Origin: Azonexus sp.
Lineage (GTDB): Bacteria; Pseudomonadota; Gammaproteobacteria; Burkholderiales; Rhodocyclaceae
DNA length: 64,000 bases
Direction of reading: 5' to 3'
Assembly (NCBI GenBank): GCA_030824535.1
Contig: JAVBXO010000022.1
Span: 1,138 to 65,137, forward strand
Position numbers and translations under genes: made by a program. The first letter of the stretch is position 1. Each line of letters opens with the position of its first letter. The notes beneath the pieces are model-generated. The model did no database searches and was not told where the DNA came from. It saw nothing but the letters and a program-made list of their open reading frames with translations. This document shows positions 17,816 through 29,052 of this stretch, one piece after another.

Positions 17816-20716
17816 ATGATCAAAGTTGCCGAGCAGCTTTCGCTGACCGACATCCCCGCCCCGCCGCTGTTTTCGCCGCTGCCGGAGCAGGAAATTTCCG
17901 CCGAAGTGCTGATCGAAAAGTACGCCAAGGGTAAGGAAACCAACGTCCACGACGTGCGCAAGCGCGTCGCCTGGGCGCTGGCCCAGATCGAGCAGGAAAA
18001 GGATCGCGCCCACTGGGAAGCCAAGTTCCTGTGGGCCCAGGAAAACGGCTTCATCCCGGCCGGCCGCATCAACTCCGCCGCCGGCACCGACCTGCAAGCG
18101 ACGCTGATCAACTGCTTCGTGCAGCCGGTCGGCGACTCCATCGTTGAAACCACCGATGGCAAACCCGGCATCTACACCGCGCTGGCCCAAGCCGCTGAAA
18201 CCATGCGTCGCGGTGGCGGCGTCGGCTACGATTTCTCGTCGATCCGTCCGCAAGGCGCTCACGTCAAAGGCACCCAATCGCGCGCCTCCGGCCCGGTGTC
18301 CTATATGCGCGTCTTTGACCGCTCCTGCGAGACCGTCGAATCGGCTGGCGCCCGTCGTGGCGCGCAAATGGGCGTACTGCGCTGCGACCATCCGGACATC
18401 GAGGAATTCATCCACGCCAAGGATCATGGCGATCTGACCAATTTCAACATTTCAATTGGTGTGACCGACGGCTTCATGCTGGCCGTCGACGAAGACAAGG
18501 ATGTCGAACTGATCCATCGCGCCGAGCCGAATGGCGAAATGCGTGCGACGGGTGCTTATCAGCGTGACGACGGAATGTGGGTTTACCGCAAGGTCCGGGC
18601 GCGTGACCTGTGGGATCAGGTCATGAAATCGACCTACGACCACGCCGAACCGGGCATCCTGTTCCTCGACCGGATGAACAAGGACAACAACCTCAATTAC
18701 TGTGAAGTCATCGAGGCCACCAATCCCTGTGCTGAACAACCGCTGCCGCCGTATGGCTGCTGCTGTCTGGGTTCGATCAACCTCACGCTGTACGTGCGCA
18801 AGCCCTTCTCCGAACAGGCTGAATTCGACTTTGCCATCTTCGGTGACGTCATCCGCGCCTCGACCCGGATGCTCGACAACGTGCTGGAAGCGACTCACTG
18901 GCCGCTTGAACGCCAGGCTCAGGAAGCCGCCAACAAGCGTCGCGTCGGCCTCGGCTTTACCGGCCTCGGCGACGCCCTGGCCATGCTGCGCCTGCGCTAT
19001 GACCGTGCCGAAGCCCGCGCCATGGCCAGCCGCATCAGCGAATTCATGCGTGACACCGCTTACCTGTACTCGGTTGAACTGGCCAAGGAACGCGGCGCCT
19101 TCCCGCTGTTCAATGCCGAGCTTTACCTCTCCGGCGGCAACTTCGCCTCGCGCCTGCCGAACGACGTCAAGACCGAGATCAGGAAGCACGGCCTGCGCAA
19201 CTCGCACCTGCTGTCCATCGCGCCGACCGGAACGATTTCCCTGGCCTTCGCCGACAATGCCTCGAATGGCATCGAGCCGCCGTTCTCCTGGACCTACAAC
19301 CGCAAGAAGCGCATGCCGGATGGCACGATCAAGGAATACGCGGTCGAGGATTACGCCTGGCGTCTGTACAAGCACCAGGATGGTGACGTCAGCAAGCTGC
19401 CGGACTACTTTGTAACGGCCCTGGAAATTTCGGCCAAGGCGCACAGCGACATGGTCGCGGCCGTTGCCCCTTACGTTGACACCTCGATTTCCAAGACCGT
19501 CAATGTGCCGGCCGATTACCCCTACGAAGACTTCCAGGATCTCTACATGCAGGCCTGGAAGGCTGGCCTCAAGGGTCTCGCCACCTATCGCCCGAACAGC
19601 GTGCTGGGTTCGGTGCTGTCAGTCAGCAGCGAACCGGCCAAGACCGACACGGCGGCCGCCGACGCCAAATCACCGCAAGATTTCGTCTCCGACGCCAACC
19701 GCCGCCTGTCGATCAAAAATCTGCCGGCACCAGTGCTCGCCAGCCTGCGTTGGCCGGGCCGCCCGAACCTGCCGGAAGGCAATCTGTGCTGGACCTACAT
19801 GGTCGATTCGCCGATTGGCAAGTTCGCGCTGTTTGTTGGTCACGTCGATCCGGATGGCCGCGCCTGGCCGTTCGAAGTCTGGGCCAACGGTCCGGCTGAA
19901 CCGCGTGGCCTCGGTGCCGTCGCCAAGACGCTGTCCATGGACATGCGCGCCAATGACCACGCCTGGCTGGAAATGAAACTTGAGGCACTGGCCAAGACCC
20001 CTGGCGATGCCTTCGAAATGCAAATGCCGCCGCATGGCGAACGCAAGCGCATGCCTTCCGTGGTTTCGGCCATGGCCCAGGTCATTCGCTGGCGCGTCGA
20101 GCAGCTCGGCGCCCTCGGCCACGATGGCCCAACACCGGTCAAGGATGCGCTGTTCAGTGCCCAGGAGCCCAAGACCGGCACCGATGGCACGCTATCCTGG
20201 ACGGTCGACGTCAGCAATCCCTCGACCAGTGAAGACTTTGTCCTCGGCCTGAAGGAAATCACTCTGCCGGATGGCGTCACCCGCCCGTATTCGATGTGGT
20301 TGTCGGGAAATTACCCGCGTGCTCTCGACGGTCTGTGCAAGCTGCTCTCGCTTGACATGCGCGTACTTGATCCGGCGTGGATCGGCATGAAGTTGCGCAA
20401 GCTGCTCGACTACTCCGAGCCGCTCGGCGATTTCATGGCTTTCGTTCCCGGTTCGCGTAAGCAGCAGACCTACCCGTCTACCGTTGCCTATATCGCGCAG
20501 CTGATCATTCACCGCTACGCGATGCTCGGCATCCTCGACGAAGCCGGTTTCCCGCTGCAGCAAATGGGCATTCTGGAAGCTCCGGAAGACACCACCAGCA
20601 ACAAGGTGCTGCCGACCCAGGGCAAGCTCTGCGGCGAGTGTGGCAACCATACGATGATCCGTAAGGATGGCTGCGACTTCTGTACGGCCTGCGGCGCTGT
20701 AGGGACCTGCGGCTAA
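17816..20716 (+). CDS. nrdJ: Class II (adenosylcobalamin-dependent) ribonucleotide reductase
   Basis: [45 protein letters not shown]; C-terminal CxxC...CxxCxxCG; no nrdB nearby. Confidence 0.92.
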   Translation: MIKVAEQLSLTDIPAPPLFSPLPEQEISAEVLIEKYAKGKETNVHDVRKRVAWALAQIEQEKDRAHWEAKFLWAQENGFIPAGRINSAAGTDLQATLINCFVQPVGDSIVETTDGKPGIYTALAQAAETMRRGGGVGYDFSSIRPQGAHVKGTQSRASGPVSYMRVFDRSCETVESAGARRGAQMGVLRCDHPDIEEFIHAKDHGDLTNFNISIGVTDGFMLAVDEDKDVELIHRAEPNGEMRATGAYQRDDGMWVYRKVRARDLWDQVMKSTYDHAEPGILFLDRMNKDNNLNYCEVIEATNPCAEQPLPPYGCCCLGSINLTLYVRKPFSEQAEFDFAIFGDVIRASTRMLDNVLEATHWPLERQAQEAANKRRVGLGFTGLGDALAMLRLRYDRAEARAMASRISEFMRDTAYLYSVELAKERGAFPLFNAELYLSGGNFASRLPNDVKTEIRKHGLRNSHLLSIAPTGTISLAFADNASNGIEPPFSWTYNRKKRMPDGTIKEYAVEDYAWRLYKHQDGDVSKLPDYFVTALEISAKAHSDMVAAVAPYVDTSISKTVNVPADYPYEDFQDLYMQAWKAGLKGLATYRPNSVLGSVLSVSSEPAKTDTAAADAKSPQDFVSDANRRLSIKNLPAPVLASLRWPGRPNLPEGNLCWTYMVDSPIGKFALFVGHVDPDGRAWPFEVWANGPAEPRGLGAVAKTLSMDMRANDHAWLEMKLEALAKTPGDAFEMQMPPHGERKRMPSVVSAMAQVIRWRVEQLGALGHDGPTPVKDALFSAQEPKTGTDGTLSWTVDVSNPSTSEDFVLGLKEITLPDGVTRPYSMWLSGNYPRALDGLCKLLSLDMRVLDPAWIGMKLRKLLDYSEPLGDFMAFVPGSRKQQTYPSTVAYIAQLIIHRYAMLGILDEAGFPLQQMGILEAPEDTTSNKVLPTQGKLCGECGNHTMIRKDGCDFCTACGAVGTCG

Positions 20717-20745
20717 CCAAGCCCTTGCCTTCGCGCACATAAACG

Positions 20746-20771
20746 AAGCCCCGGCATGCCGGGGCTTTTTT
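20746..20771 (+). terminator. Intrinsic terminator after nrdJ
   Basis: AAGCCCCGGC-at-GCCGGGGCTTTTTT. Confidence 0.85.
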
Positions 20772-20911
20772 CATGTCCGTTTTTCCAAGTGATTGCTGGC
20801 TTTCCGAATCGACCGCAAGCATCTTAAATTGGAAGTTTCTGGCACACAGAGACTCGCAGAAGATGAATATTTAAGCTTCTGCGGTCAACGTTCAAATCAG
20901 GGCAATTTTGC

Positions 20912-21460
20912 TCAAGGCTTATCCAGCCAGAACAACGCGGTAATCGTCTTGGCATCGGTAATCCGTCCATCCCAAACAGCCTGCCTGGCTTCGGCAGGCG
21001 AGAGTTCCAGCAAGTCCAGAAACTCGTTGTGATCGAGTTGTTGCTCACCCGCCTTGTGCAAGCCCCGCGCCGCGAAAATTTCGATTCGCTCATCCGAGTA
21101 GCCTATGCACGGATGCATCACCCCCAGATATTCCCAATCAGCGGCGATATAGCCGGTCTCTTCGAGCAACTCACGCCGCGCCGTGTCGATGATCGACTCG
21201 CCCGCATCGATCTTACCGGCAGGTAGTTCCAGAAAGACCCGGCGCAAGGGGTAACGGAACTGCTTTTCGAATAACAAGTTGCCATTATCGAGCAGAGCCA
21301 GGACCACTACGGCCCCCGGATGAGTAATGTACTCACGCACCGACTCATTGCCGTTCGGCAAGCGAACCTTGTCCTTGCGTACCTTGAGCAAAGCACCATC
21401 AAATACCTGCTCGCTGGCAAGTTCGGATTCAATCAAATGGGTATCAGCAGACAATTTCAT
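20912..21460 (-). CDS. Nudix hydrolase (ADP-ribose pyrophosphatase-like)
   Basis: Nudix box GKIDAGESIIDTARRELLEETG; QFRYP; exact start uncertain. Confidence 0.9.
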   Translation of the reverse strand: MKLSADTHLIESELASEQVFDGALLKVRKDKVRLPNGNESVREYITHPGAVVVLALLDNGNLLFEKQFRYPLRRVFLELPAGKIDAGESIIDTARRELLEETGYIAADWEYLGVMHPCIGYSDERIEIFAARGLHKAGEQQLDHNEFLDLLELSPAEARQAVWDGRITDAKTITALFWLDKP

Positions 21461-21464
21461 CTCC

Positions 21465-21495
21465 AAAAAAAACGCCCCGACCAGCGGGGCATTTT
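21465..21495 (-). terminator. Terminator after nuoN
   Basis: Minus strand GCCCCGctggtCGGGGCGTTTTTTTT. Confidence 0.75.
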
Positions 21496-21517
21496 ACAAA
21501 TCGTTCAGGTATGCAAT

Positions 21518-23002
21518 TTACAGCGAGCGAGTCAGGGCAACGCCACACAGTTCCATCAGCGACTGCGGGAAGATACCGAAGAAGGCAACAGCCAAACCAT
21601 TCGCTGACATCAACAAGTTCATGCTCGTCGGAATAACCAGCGGAGCATCATCGGCAGGTGCATCGAAATACATCAGCTTGACCACGCGCAGGTAGTAGAA
21701 GGCACCAATCAGCGAGAACAGCACGGCGACAATCGCCAGCCAGATGTTATTCGTGGCAACAACCGCCTGGAGCACAGAGAATTTGGCGAAGAAGCCCACA
21801 AAGAACGGCACGCCAGCCATCGAGAACATCAACATCAGCATGATTGCGGCAAACCACGGATGGCGCTTGTTCAGCCCCTTGTAGTCGTCCAGCTCATCAG
21901 CCTCGAAGCCTGCGCGCGACATCAGCAGAATCATGCCGAAAGCGCCGGTCGTCATCATCACATAAGAGATGACGTAGAACATCGACGAGGAGTAGGCAAA
22001 GGGATTCAAGGCGAAGCGACCATCGACGCTGACGATGCCGGTAACGATACCCAGCAGCATGAAACCCATGTGTGAGATCGCCGAATAAGCCAGCATGCGC
22101 TTCAGATTGGTCTGGGCAATTGCCGCCAGGTTACCAATCGCCATCGATAGCACGGCCAGAATCGTCAGCATACCCTGCCAGTCCGGAGCCATTGAAATCA
22201 GACCGCTCACCAGCAGGCGCATGGTGATGGCGAAAGCAGCGAGCTTGGGCGCGGAACCGATCAACAGCGTCACCGAGGTCGGCGCACCGTGATAAACGTC
22301 CGGGATCCACATATGGAAGGGCACGACGCCAAGCTTGAACGCCAGACCACTAACCAGGAAAACCAAACCGAAAACCAGCACCGATTTGTTGACTGCGCCA
22401 GCAGCCAGTCGTTCCTGAATAGCGGTGATTTCCAAGGTGCCAGTGGCGCCGTAAATCATCGACATACCATAGAGCAGCAAGCCGGAAGCCAGAGCACCGA
22501 GCACGAAGTACTTCATCGCCGATTCGGTTGAGGCCACGGAATCGCGATTCATGGCAACCATCGCGTACAGCGACAGGGAAAGCAGTTCCAGACCGACATA
22601 CACCGTCAGGAAGTGGTTTGCCGAAATCATCACCATCATGCCCAGCGTTGCAAACAACGCCAGCACGTAATATTCGCCTTTACTCAGTGCCTCACGGTCG
22701 GTGACATAAGCACGGGAGTAAAAGAGCACCGTCACGACAGTCATGTAGAGGAAGATCTTCAGCACATCGGCCATCAGATCATCGACGAACATGTTGCTGA
22801 AGGTGTAAGTCACCTCGCCATTGATCGTATAGGCCTGAATCACGGCACAGCCGATCAGCGTCAGTTGCGTCAGGATGAATGTCAGCGTGCGACGTCCATC
22901 CTTGACGGTCAGATCTATCATCAAAATGGCAAGCGCCATAAACGCCAGGAATATTTCCGGAGCAGCGGGCAGGAGATCGGGAACAACGAAATTTGCAAAC
23001 AT
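21518..23002 (-). CDS. nuoN: NADH-quinone oxidoreductase subunit N
   Basis: [27 protein letters not shown]; operon position. Confidence 0.95.
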   Translation of the reverse strand: MFANFVVPDLLPAAPEIFLAFMALAILMIDLTVKDGRRTLTFILTQLTLIGCAVIQAYTINGEVTYTFSNMFVDDLMADVLKIFLYMTVVTVLFYSRAYVTDREALSKGEYYVLALFATLGMMVMISANHFLTVYVGLELLSLSLYAMVAMNRDSVASTESAMKYFVLGALASGLLLYGMSMIYGATGTLEITAIQERLAAGAVNKSVLVFGLVFLVSGLAFKLGVVPFHMWIPDVYHGAPTSVTLLIGSAPKLAAFAITMRLLVSGLISMAPDWQGMLTILAVLSMAIGNLAAIAQTNLKRMLAYSAISHMGFMLLGIVTGIVSVDGRFALNPFAYSSSMFYVISYVMMTTGAFGMILLMSRAGFEADELDDYKGLNKRHPWFAAIMLMLMFSMAGVPFFVGFFAKFSVLQAVVATNNIWLAIVAVLFSLIGAFYYLRVVKLMYFDAPADDAPLVIPTSMNLLMSANGLAVAFFGIFPQSLMELCGVALTRSL

Positions 23003-23014
23003 GTCGGCTACCGT

Positions 23015-24499
23015 TTATTGAATCTTGCTGTTGGCAACGTGATGCAGCAGGTCATTGACCGACGCATGCATGACTTCCGTAAAGGGCTGTGGATATAGCC
23101 CCATCCACAGCGTACAAATCGCCAACACCGCGAGAATGGCAAATTCACGCTTGTTAACATCACTCAGTTCGGCGACATGCTCATTAGCCACATCACCAAA
23201 AATGACTCGCTTGTACATCCACAGGGTGTAAGCCGCACCGACAACCATCGAACTGGCTGCAGCGAAGGCCACCCAGAAGTTGAACTTCACTGCACCAAGA
23301 ATGATCATGAACTCACCAACAAAGCCGGAAGTTGCAGGCAGGCCGGCGTTGGCCATGGAGAACAGCATGAAGAGTGCGGCAAACTTCGGCATGGTATTCA
23401 CCACGCCACCGTAATCGGCGATTTGGCGACTATGAACGCGGTCGTACATCACCCCAATACAGAAGAACATTGCGCCGGAAACAAAGCCGTGCGACACCAT
23501 CTGTACCAGCGCGCCCTCGATACCCATGGCGCTGAACATGAAAAAGCCCAGGGTGACGAAGCCCATGTGGGCAATCGAGGAGTAAGCCACCAGTTTCTTC
23601 ATGTCGGACTGGACCAGCGCCACAAAGCCGATATAAACCACGGCGATCAGCGACAAGGCGACGACCAAGCCGCTTAGCTGATGAGCCGCATCGGGAACGA
23701 TGGGCAGGGAGAAGCGCAGGAAACCGTAAGCCCCCAGCTTCAGACCAATGGCCGCCAGAACGATGGAGCCACCGGTAGGCGCTTCAACGTGAGCGTCCGG
23801 CAACCAGGTATGCACTGGCCACATCGGCACCTTGACAGCAAAAGCAATCAGGAAGGCCAGGAAGATCCAGATCTGCGGCCCCATTTCGAGCGGCAGCTTG
23901 TGCCAGTCGAGAATCGAGAAGCTGCCGCCGGACTGGACGAACAAATACATCTGCGCAACCAGAAAGAGCAGCGATCCGAACAGGGTATAGAGGAAAAACT
24001 TGAATGCGGCATAGACGCGCTTCGGACCACCCCAAACACCAATGATCAGATAGAGCGGAATCAGTGAAGCTTCGAAGAAGACGTAGAACAGGATGCCGTC
24101 CAGCGAAGTGAAAATACCGTTCATCAAGCCCGACATGATCAGGAAAGCGGCGTTGTACTGCGCCACCTTGTTCTGAATCACTTCCCAACCGGCCGCCACA
24201 ACGATGATCGTGATGAAGGCGTTGAGGATGACGAACAGCATCGAGATGCCATCAACCCCGAGGTGGTAGTTGATGTTGAAGCTGGGTATCCAGGATTTCA
24301 GCTCGACGAACTGCATGCCGCCATTGGCAATATCGAAGCCGCTCCATAGCGGAATGGTGACCAGAAAACTGACCACGGCGCCAACCAGGGCGAGTATGCG
24401 TGCCAGCGGAGCATTCCGGTCGTTGCCGGTAGCCAAAACAATCAGGCCGGCAACAATCGGAATCCAGATTGCGAGAGATAGCAGGGGGTAAGTCGACAT
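23015..24499 (-). CDS. nuoM: NADH-quinone oxidoreductase subunit M
   Basis: VKVPMWPVHTWLPDAHVEAP. Confidence 0.95.
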   Translation of the reverse strand: MSTYPLLSLAIWIPIVAGLIVLATGNDRNAPLARILALVGAVVSFLVTIPLWSGFDIANGGMQFVELKSWIPSFNINYHLGVDGISMLFVILNAFITIIVVAAGWEVIQNKVAQYNAAFLIMSGLMNGIFTSLDGILFYVFFEASLIPLYLIIGVWGGPKRVYAAFKFFLYTLFGSLLFLVAQMYLFVQSGGSFSILDWHKLPLEMGPQIWIFLAFLIAFAVKVPMWPVHTWLPDAHVEAPTGGSIVLAAIGLKLGAYGFLRFSLPIVPDAAHQLSGLVVALSLIAVVYIGFVALVQSDMKKLVAYSSIAHMGFVTLGFFMFSAMGIEGALVQMVSHGFVSGAMFFCIGVMYDRVHSRQIADYGGVVNTMPKFAALFMLFSMANAGLPATSGFVGEFMIILGAVKFNFWVAFAAASSMVVGAAYTLWMYKRVIFGDVANEHVAELSDVNKREFAILAVLAICTLWMGLYPQPFTEVMHASVNDLLHHVANSKIQ

Positions 24500-24520
24500 G
24501 TTATTCCTGGCTTTTCTGTG

Positions 24521-26566
24521 TTACACGGGCCTGACCCAGACGGCCAGCAGAACCAGCAGGCCAATGATCATGGTGAAAGCGTAGTGATAGACATAACCGG
24601 TCTGGAGCAGACGGCTAACTGAAGAAATCCAGCCAACCAGCTTTGCCGAACCATTGACCACCAAACCATCAATGATCGCAACGTCGCCGCCGCGCCAGAA
24701 GGTATTGCCAAGCAGGCGAGCACCACCGGCCAGAACGAACTCATTGACCTTGTCGAAGTAATACTTGTTTTCGAGCAGGGTATTGATCGCGGAGAACTTG
24801 CGCTGAATGGCAGCAGGAATATCCGGACGCTTCATGTAGAAGAACCAGGAAAGAACCACACCGGCAAGCGCGAGAATAAAGGGAAGCGTGGTCAGGGAAT
24901 GGATGCCCATGGCGCCAGCGCCGTGGAATTCTTCAGCCAGGTGTTCCATCGCCGGATGGGCTTCGGCGTTAATGAAGATCACGCCCTTGAAGTAATCACC
25001 GTAGAGCATAGGCTCAATTGCGATGTAGCCAATAAACATTGACGGAATAGCCAGCAAAACGAGCGGCAACCAGACCACCCAAGGCGTCTCGTGGGGTTTT
25101 TGGCCCGGCGCCAGACCGTGGTGATGATCGTGTGAAGTCTCTTCATCATCGTGATCGCCTTCGTGCTCATGGTGGTGAGCAGCATCCGCCTTGCCGAAGC
25201 GCTCTTCGCCGTGGAAGACCAGGAAGTACATCCGGAAGGAATAGAAGGCAGTCACGAAAACGCCGGCCAACACCGCGAAATAAGCAAACCCGGCGCCCGG
25301 CTGGCCGCTGTGGTAGGCAATCTGGGCCGCCTCGATGATCGAGTCCTTGGAGTAGAAGCCGGACAGGAAAGGCGTACCAATCAGGGCCAGCGAACCAACC
25401 AGCGAAGTAATCCAGGTAATCGGCATGTACTTGCGCAAGCCACCCATGTTGCGGATGTCCTGATCGTGATGCATGCCAATAATCACCGAGCCGGCACCGA
25501 GAAACAGCAGCGCCTTGAAGAAGGCATGCGTCATCAGGTGGAAGATGGCTACCGAGTAGGCGGAAGCGCCAAGCGCCACGGTCATGTAACCGAGCTGCGA
25601 CAGCGTCGAATAGGCAACCACGCGCTTGATGTCGTTCTGGATGATGCCCAGGAAACCCATGAACAGCGCAGTGATGGCGCCGATGACGATGACGAAGGAG
25701 AGCGCGGTGGTAGACATTTCGAACAGCGGCGACATCCGTGCGACCATGAAGATACCGGCCGTCACCATGGTTGCGGCGTGGATCAGTGCGGAAATCGGCG
25801 TCGGGCCTTCCATCGAGTCAGGCAGCCAGACGTGCAGCGGAACCTGGGCCGACTTGCCCATCGCACCGATGAACAGGCAGATGCAGGTCACGGTCATCAG
25901 GGACCATTGCGCGGAACCCCAGATATTGATCGTTACGTCCGCCAGTTCCGGAGCCTTCTTGAAGGCTTCGGCATAATCCAGCGTACCGCAGTAAGCCAGC
26001 ACCAGACCGATGCCGAGAATAAAGCCGAAGTCGCCGACACGGTTGACCAGAAAAGCCTTCATGTTGGCAAAAATCGCCGTCGGGCGTGTATACCAGAAGC
26101 CGATCAGCAGGTAGGAAACCAGACCCACGGCTTCCCAGCCAAAGAAAAGCTGCATGAAGTTGTTGCTCATCACCAGCATCAGCATGGAGAAGGTAAATAA
26201 CGAGATATAGCTGAAGAAACGGTTATAACCCGGATCTTCCTGCATATAGCCAATGGTGTAGATATGCACCATCAGCGACACAAAGGTAACTACCAGCATC
26301 ATCGTTGCGGTCAGCGTGTCCACAAGGAAGCCGACATAGAAGGTGTACTCGCCGCTGGTCAGCCAGGTATACACAGGGCCATTGAACGTATTGCCGGCCA
26401 GCACATCCTTGAAAATGAGGAGTGACGTGATGAAGGCGATTGCCACACCGGCTATCGTCGAAGTATGCGCGACCCAGCGAGGAATGACCCGGCAAAACAA
26501 GCCGGCGATCATTGCACCGACTAGCGGTGCCATGGGTACGAGCAGATAGAGTTTTTGCATTTCCAT
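24521..26566 (-). CDS. nuoL: NADH-quinone oxidoreductase subunit L
   Basis: GKSAQVPLHVWLPDSMEGPTPISALIHAATMV. Confidence 0.96.
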   Translation of the reverse strand: MEMQKLYLLVPMAPLVGAMIAGLFCRVIPRWVAHTSTIAGVAIAFITSLLIFKDVLAGNTFNGPVYTWLTSGEYTFYVGFLVDTLTATMMLVVTFVSLMVHIYTIGYMQEDPGYNRFFSYISLFTFSMLMLVMSNNFMQLFFGWEAVGLVSYLLIGFWYTRPTAIFANMKAFLVNRVGDFGFILGIGLVLAYCGTLDYAEAFKKAPELADVTINIWGSAQWSLMTVTCICLFIGAMGKSAQVPLHVWLPDSMEGPTPISALIHAATMVTAGIFMVARMSPLFEMSTTALSFVIVIGAITALFMGFLGIIQNDIKRVVAYSTLSQLGYMTVALGASAYSVAIFHLMTHAFFKALLFLGAGSVIIGMHHDQDIRNMGGLRKYMPITWITSLVGSLALIGTPFLSGFYSKDSIIEAAQIAYHSGQPGAGFAYFAVLAGVFVTAFYSFRMYFLVFHGEERFGKADAAHHHEHEGDHDDEETSHDHHHGLAPGQKPHETPWVVWLPLVLLAIPSMFIGYIAIEPMLYGDYFKGVIFINAEAHPAMEHLAEEFHGAGAMGIHSLTTLPFILALAGVVLSWFFYMKRPDIPAAIQRKFSAINTLLENKYYFDKVNEFVLAGGARLLGNTFWRGGDVAIIDGLVVNGSAKLVGWISSVSRLLQTGYVYHYAFTMIIGLLVLLAVWVRPV

Positions 26567-26568
26567 GT

Positions 26569-26880
26569 TTAACCCTTCAGGCTGCCCAGGTCATCCACGT
26601 GGATGCTCTTCAGGTTGCGGAACAAGACAATCAGGATGGCCAGACCAATTGCCGATTCAGCTGCAGCAACGGTGAGGATGAAAAAGACGAAGATCTGTCC
26701 GGAAAGATCCTGAAGGTAATGCGAAAAAGCCACGAAATTCATGTTGACCGCAAGCAGCATCAACTCGATGGCCATCAGCAAAACCAGCAGGTTTTTTCGA
26801 TTCAGGAATATCCCGACCACACTGATCGCGAAAAGAATCGCGCCCAGAATCAGGAAATGCGAAAGTGTAAGTGTGAGCAT
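26569..26880 (-). CDS. nuoK: NADH-quinone oxidoreductase subunit K
   Basis: [23 protein letters not shown]. Confidence 0.95.
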   Translation of the reverse strand: MLTLTLSHFLILGAILFAISVVGIFLNRKNLLVLLMAIELMLLAVNMNFVAFSHYLQDLSGQIFVFFILTVAAAESAIGLAILIVLFRNLKSIHVDDLGSLKG

Positions 26881-26894
26881 TGGCGTCCCTGGGT

Positions 26895-27491
26895 TCAGTC
26901 TTTTTCAACCGGCATTTGCAGCACGCGAATCCGATCCTTGGCCTTGACGAAAACCTGTTGATTCGGATTGGTGTACTTGCTCTTCTTGGGGCCTCGGTAA
27001 GTCAGCACGATGGCGGCAATCATGCCCACCAGCAAAATCAACGAAGCGAGTTCGAAGGGATAGACATAATCGCTGAACATCAGTTCACCGATCGCCTTGG
27101 TATTGGAAACTCCCGCAGGCGAGATGGCCTCGGAGGCAGGAACCCGGAAATATTTGCTACCCAGCACCAGTCCCATTTCAATGACCATCAGCACGCCAAT
27201 AAGCGCGCCGAACGGCAGATAGCGCCAGAATCCCTCGCGTATCCGGTCGATGTTGATGTCTAGCATCATGACCACGAACAGGAAGAGCACCATGACAGCA
27301 CCGACGTACACCAGAATGATTGCTATCGCCAGGAACTCTGCCTGCAACAGGGCCCAGATCCCGCCACAAGTAAAAAAGGCGAGAATCAGGTTGAGTGCCG
27401 CATGCACCGGATTCCGGGCGGTAATCACTCGCAAACTGGCAACAATCAATATCGTTGACAGAAGGAAAAATACGAAGCTCTGAAAATCCAT
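26895..27491 (-). CDS. nuoJ: NADH-quinone oxidoreductase subunit J
   Basis: [31 protein letters not shown]; start 27491 or 27500. Confidence 0.93.
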   Translation of the reverse strand: MDFQSFVFFLLSTILIVASLRVITARNPVHAALNLILAFFTCGGIWALLQAEFLAIAIILVYVGAVMVLFLFVVMMLDINIDRIREGFWRYLPFGALIGVLMVIEMGLVLGSKYFRVPASEAISPAGVSNTKAIGELMFSDYVYPFELASLILLVGMIAAIVLTYRGPKKSKYTNPNQQVFVKAKDRIRVLQMPVEKD

Positions 27492-27503
27492 CACTGACAC
27501 CTG

Positions 27504-27992
27504 TTATCGGTAGGGAGCATCGAGTTCGCGATCTTGCGCGATTTGCGACTCATAGCGATCGCCATTGGCGAGAAGCATCTGCTTGGTGTAGTAAAGATCA
27601 CCGCGCTTTTCGCCGTGATATTCGAAGATGCGCGTTTCGACGATGGCATCGACCGGGCAGGCTTCTTCACAGAAACCGCAGAAAATGCATTTGGTCAAAT
27701 CGATATCGTAGCGCGTCGTGCGCCGTGAGCCATCATCACGGGGCTCAGCTTCAATCGTGATCGCCAAGGCCGGACAAATCGCCTCACAGAGTTTGCAGGC
27801 GATGCACCGCTCTTCACCATTGGGGTAACGGCGCAAGGCGTGCAATCCACGAAAACGGAAGCTTTGCGGCGTCTTTTCCTCGGGGTACTGAACGGTGATT
27901 TTCCGGGCAAAAAAGTACTTGCCCGTAACCGCCATGCCTTTCAACAACTCTTTGAGGAAGAGGCTGTTGAAGATTTCCTTCATCGAACCCAT
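27504..27992 (-). CDS. nuoI: NADH-quinone oxidoreductase subunit I
   Basis: [12 protein letters not shown] and [12 protein letters not shown]. Confidence 0.96.
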   Translation of the reverse strand: MGSMKEIFNSLFLKELLKGMAVTGKYFFARKITVQYPEEKTPQSFRFRGLHALRRYPNGEERCIACKLCEAICPALAITIEAEPRDDGSRRTTRYDIDLTKCIFCGFCEEACPVDAIVETRIFEYHGEKRGDLYYTKQMLLANGDRYESQIAQDRELDAPYR

Positions 27993-28002
27993 TAGTCTCT
28001 CC

Positions 28003-29052
28003 TCATTTCCAGATATTCAGGGGGGACATCATCCAGACACCAACAACTACCAGCCAGACAATGCAAATCGGTACAAACACCTTCCAGCCCAAGCGCATCA
28101 ACTGGTCATAGCGATAGCGAGGGAAAGTTGCCCGGAACCAGAGGAACAAGAAAAGAATCGCCGACATTTTGGCGAACAGCCAGAGAATGCCATCAGGCAA
28201 GAAGCCCACCGGTGACAACCAGCCTCCGAGGAACATGATCGAGGTCAGTGCAGCAACCAGAATCATGTTGGCGTATTCCGCCAGGAAGAAGACCGCAAAA
28301 GCCATGCCAGAATATTCAACGTGGAAACCAGCAACGATTTCTGATTCGCCTTCAGCCACGTCGAACGGCGCCCGATTGGTTTCTGCGACACCAGAGATCA
28401 GATAAACCAGGAACATCGGCAACATCGGCAACCAGTTCCAAGAAAGGAAACTCAGGCCCCAATCAGCAAAGCGCCCCTGATTCTGAACATTGACGATATC
28501 CACCAGATTCAGACTGTTGGAGACCATCAGGACGCAAATCAGCGAAAAGCCCATCGAGATTTCGTATGAGACCATCTGGGCAGCAGAACGCATTGCACCG
28601 AGGAAAGCATACTTTGAGTTCGAGGCCCAGCCCGACAGAATAATCCCATAGACCCCCATCGAGGTAATAGCCATGATGTACAACAAGCTCGCATCAATAT
28701 TGGCCAAAACTAGCGTATCGGTAAATGGCACCACGGCCCAGGCAGCCAGTGCCGGCGCGATGGCCAGCATCGGAGCAATGAGGAAGATCCCCTTGTTGGC
28801 ACTGCTGGGAACAATGATTTCCTTGAGCAACAGCTTCAGGCCATCGGCGATTGGCTGAATCAGTCCCCAAGGTCCGACCCGGTTGGGGCCAATACGGACC
28901 TGCATATAACCGATGACTTTACGCTCTGCCCAAGTCAAATACGCAACGCTGAGCATCAGCGGCGCAACGATGACTACTATTTTCAGAAGCGTCCAGACTG
29001 CAGGCCAGGCGCCACCGAAGATCCCCTGTCCAAAACTCATCAATGCGTCCAT
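28003..29052 (-). CDS. nuoH: NADH-quinone oxidoreductase subunit H
   Basis: [33 protein letters not shown]. Confidence 0.96.
   Translation of the reverse strand: MDALMSFGQGIFGGAWPAVWTLLKIVVIVAPLMLSVAYLTWAERKVIGYMQVRIGPNRVGPWGLIQPIADGLKLLLKEIIVPSSANKGIFLIAPMLAIAPALAAWAVVPFTDTLVLANIDASLLYIMAITSMGVYGIILSGWASNSKYAFLGAMRSAAQMVSYEISMGFSLICVLMVSNSLNLVDIVNVQNQGRFADWGLSFLSWNWLPMLPMFLVYLISGVAETNRAPFDVAEGESEIVAGFHVEYSGMAFAVFFLAEYANMILVAALTSIMFLGGWLSPVGFLPDGILWLFAKMSAILFLFLWFRATFPRYRYDQLMRLGWKVFVPICIVWLVVVGVWMMSPLNIWK

Noticed and set aside
20793-21032. 79-aa + strand ORF downstream of nrdJ
   Set aside because: TTG start without RBS, lies after a terminator, overlaps the Nudix gene, no motifs
25110-25190. 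His/acidic-rich loop in NuoL
   Set aside because: A common feature of betaproteobacterial NuoL, not novel
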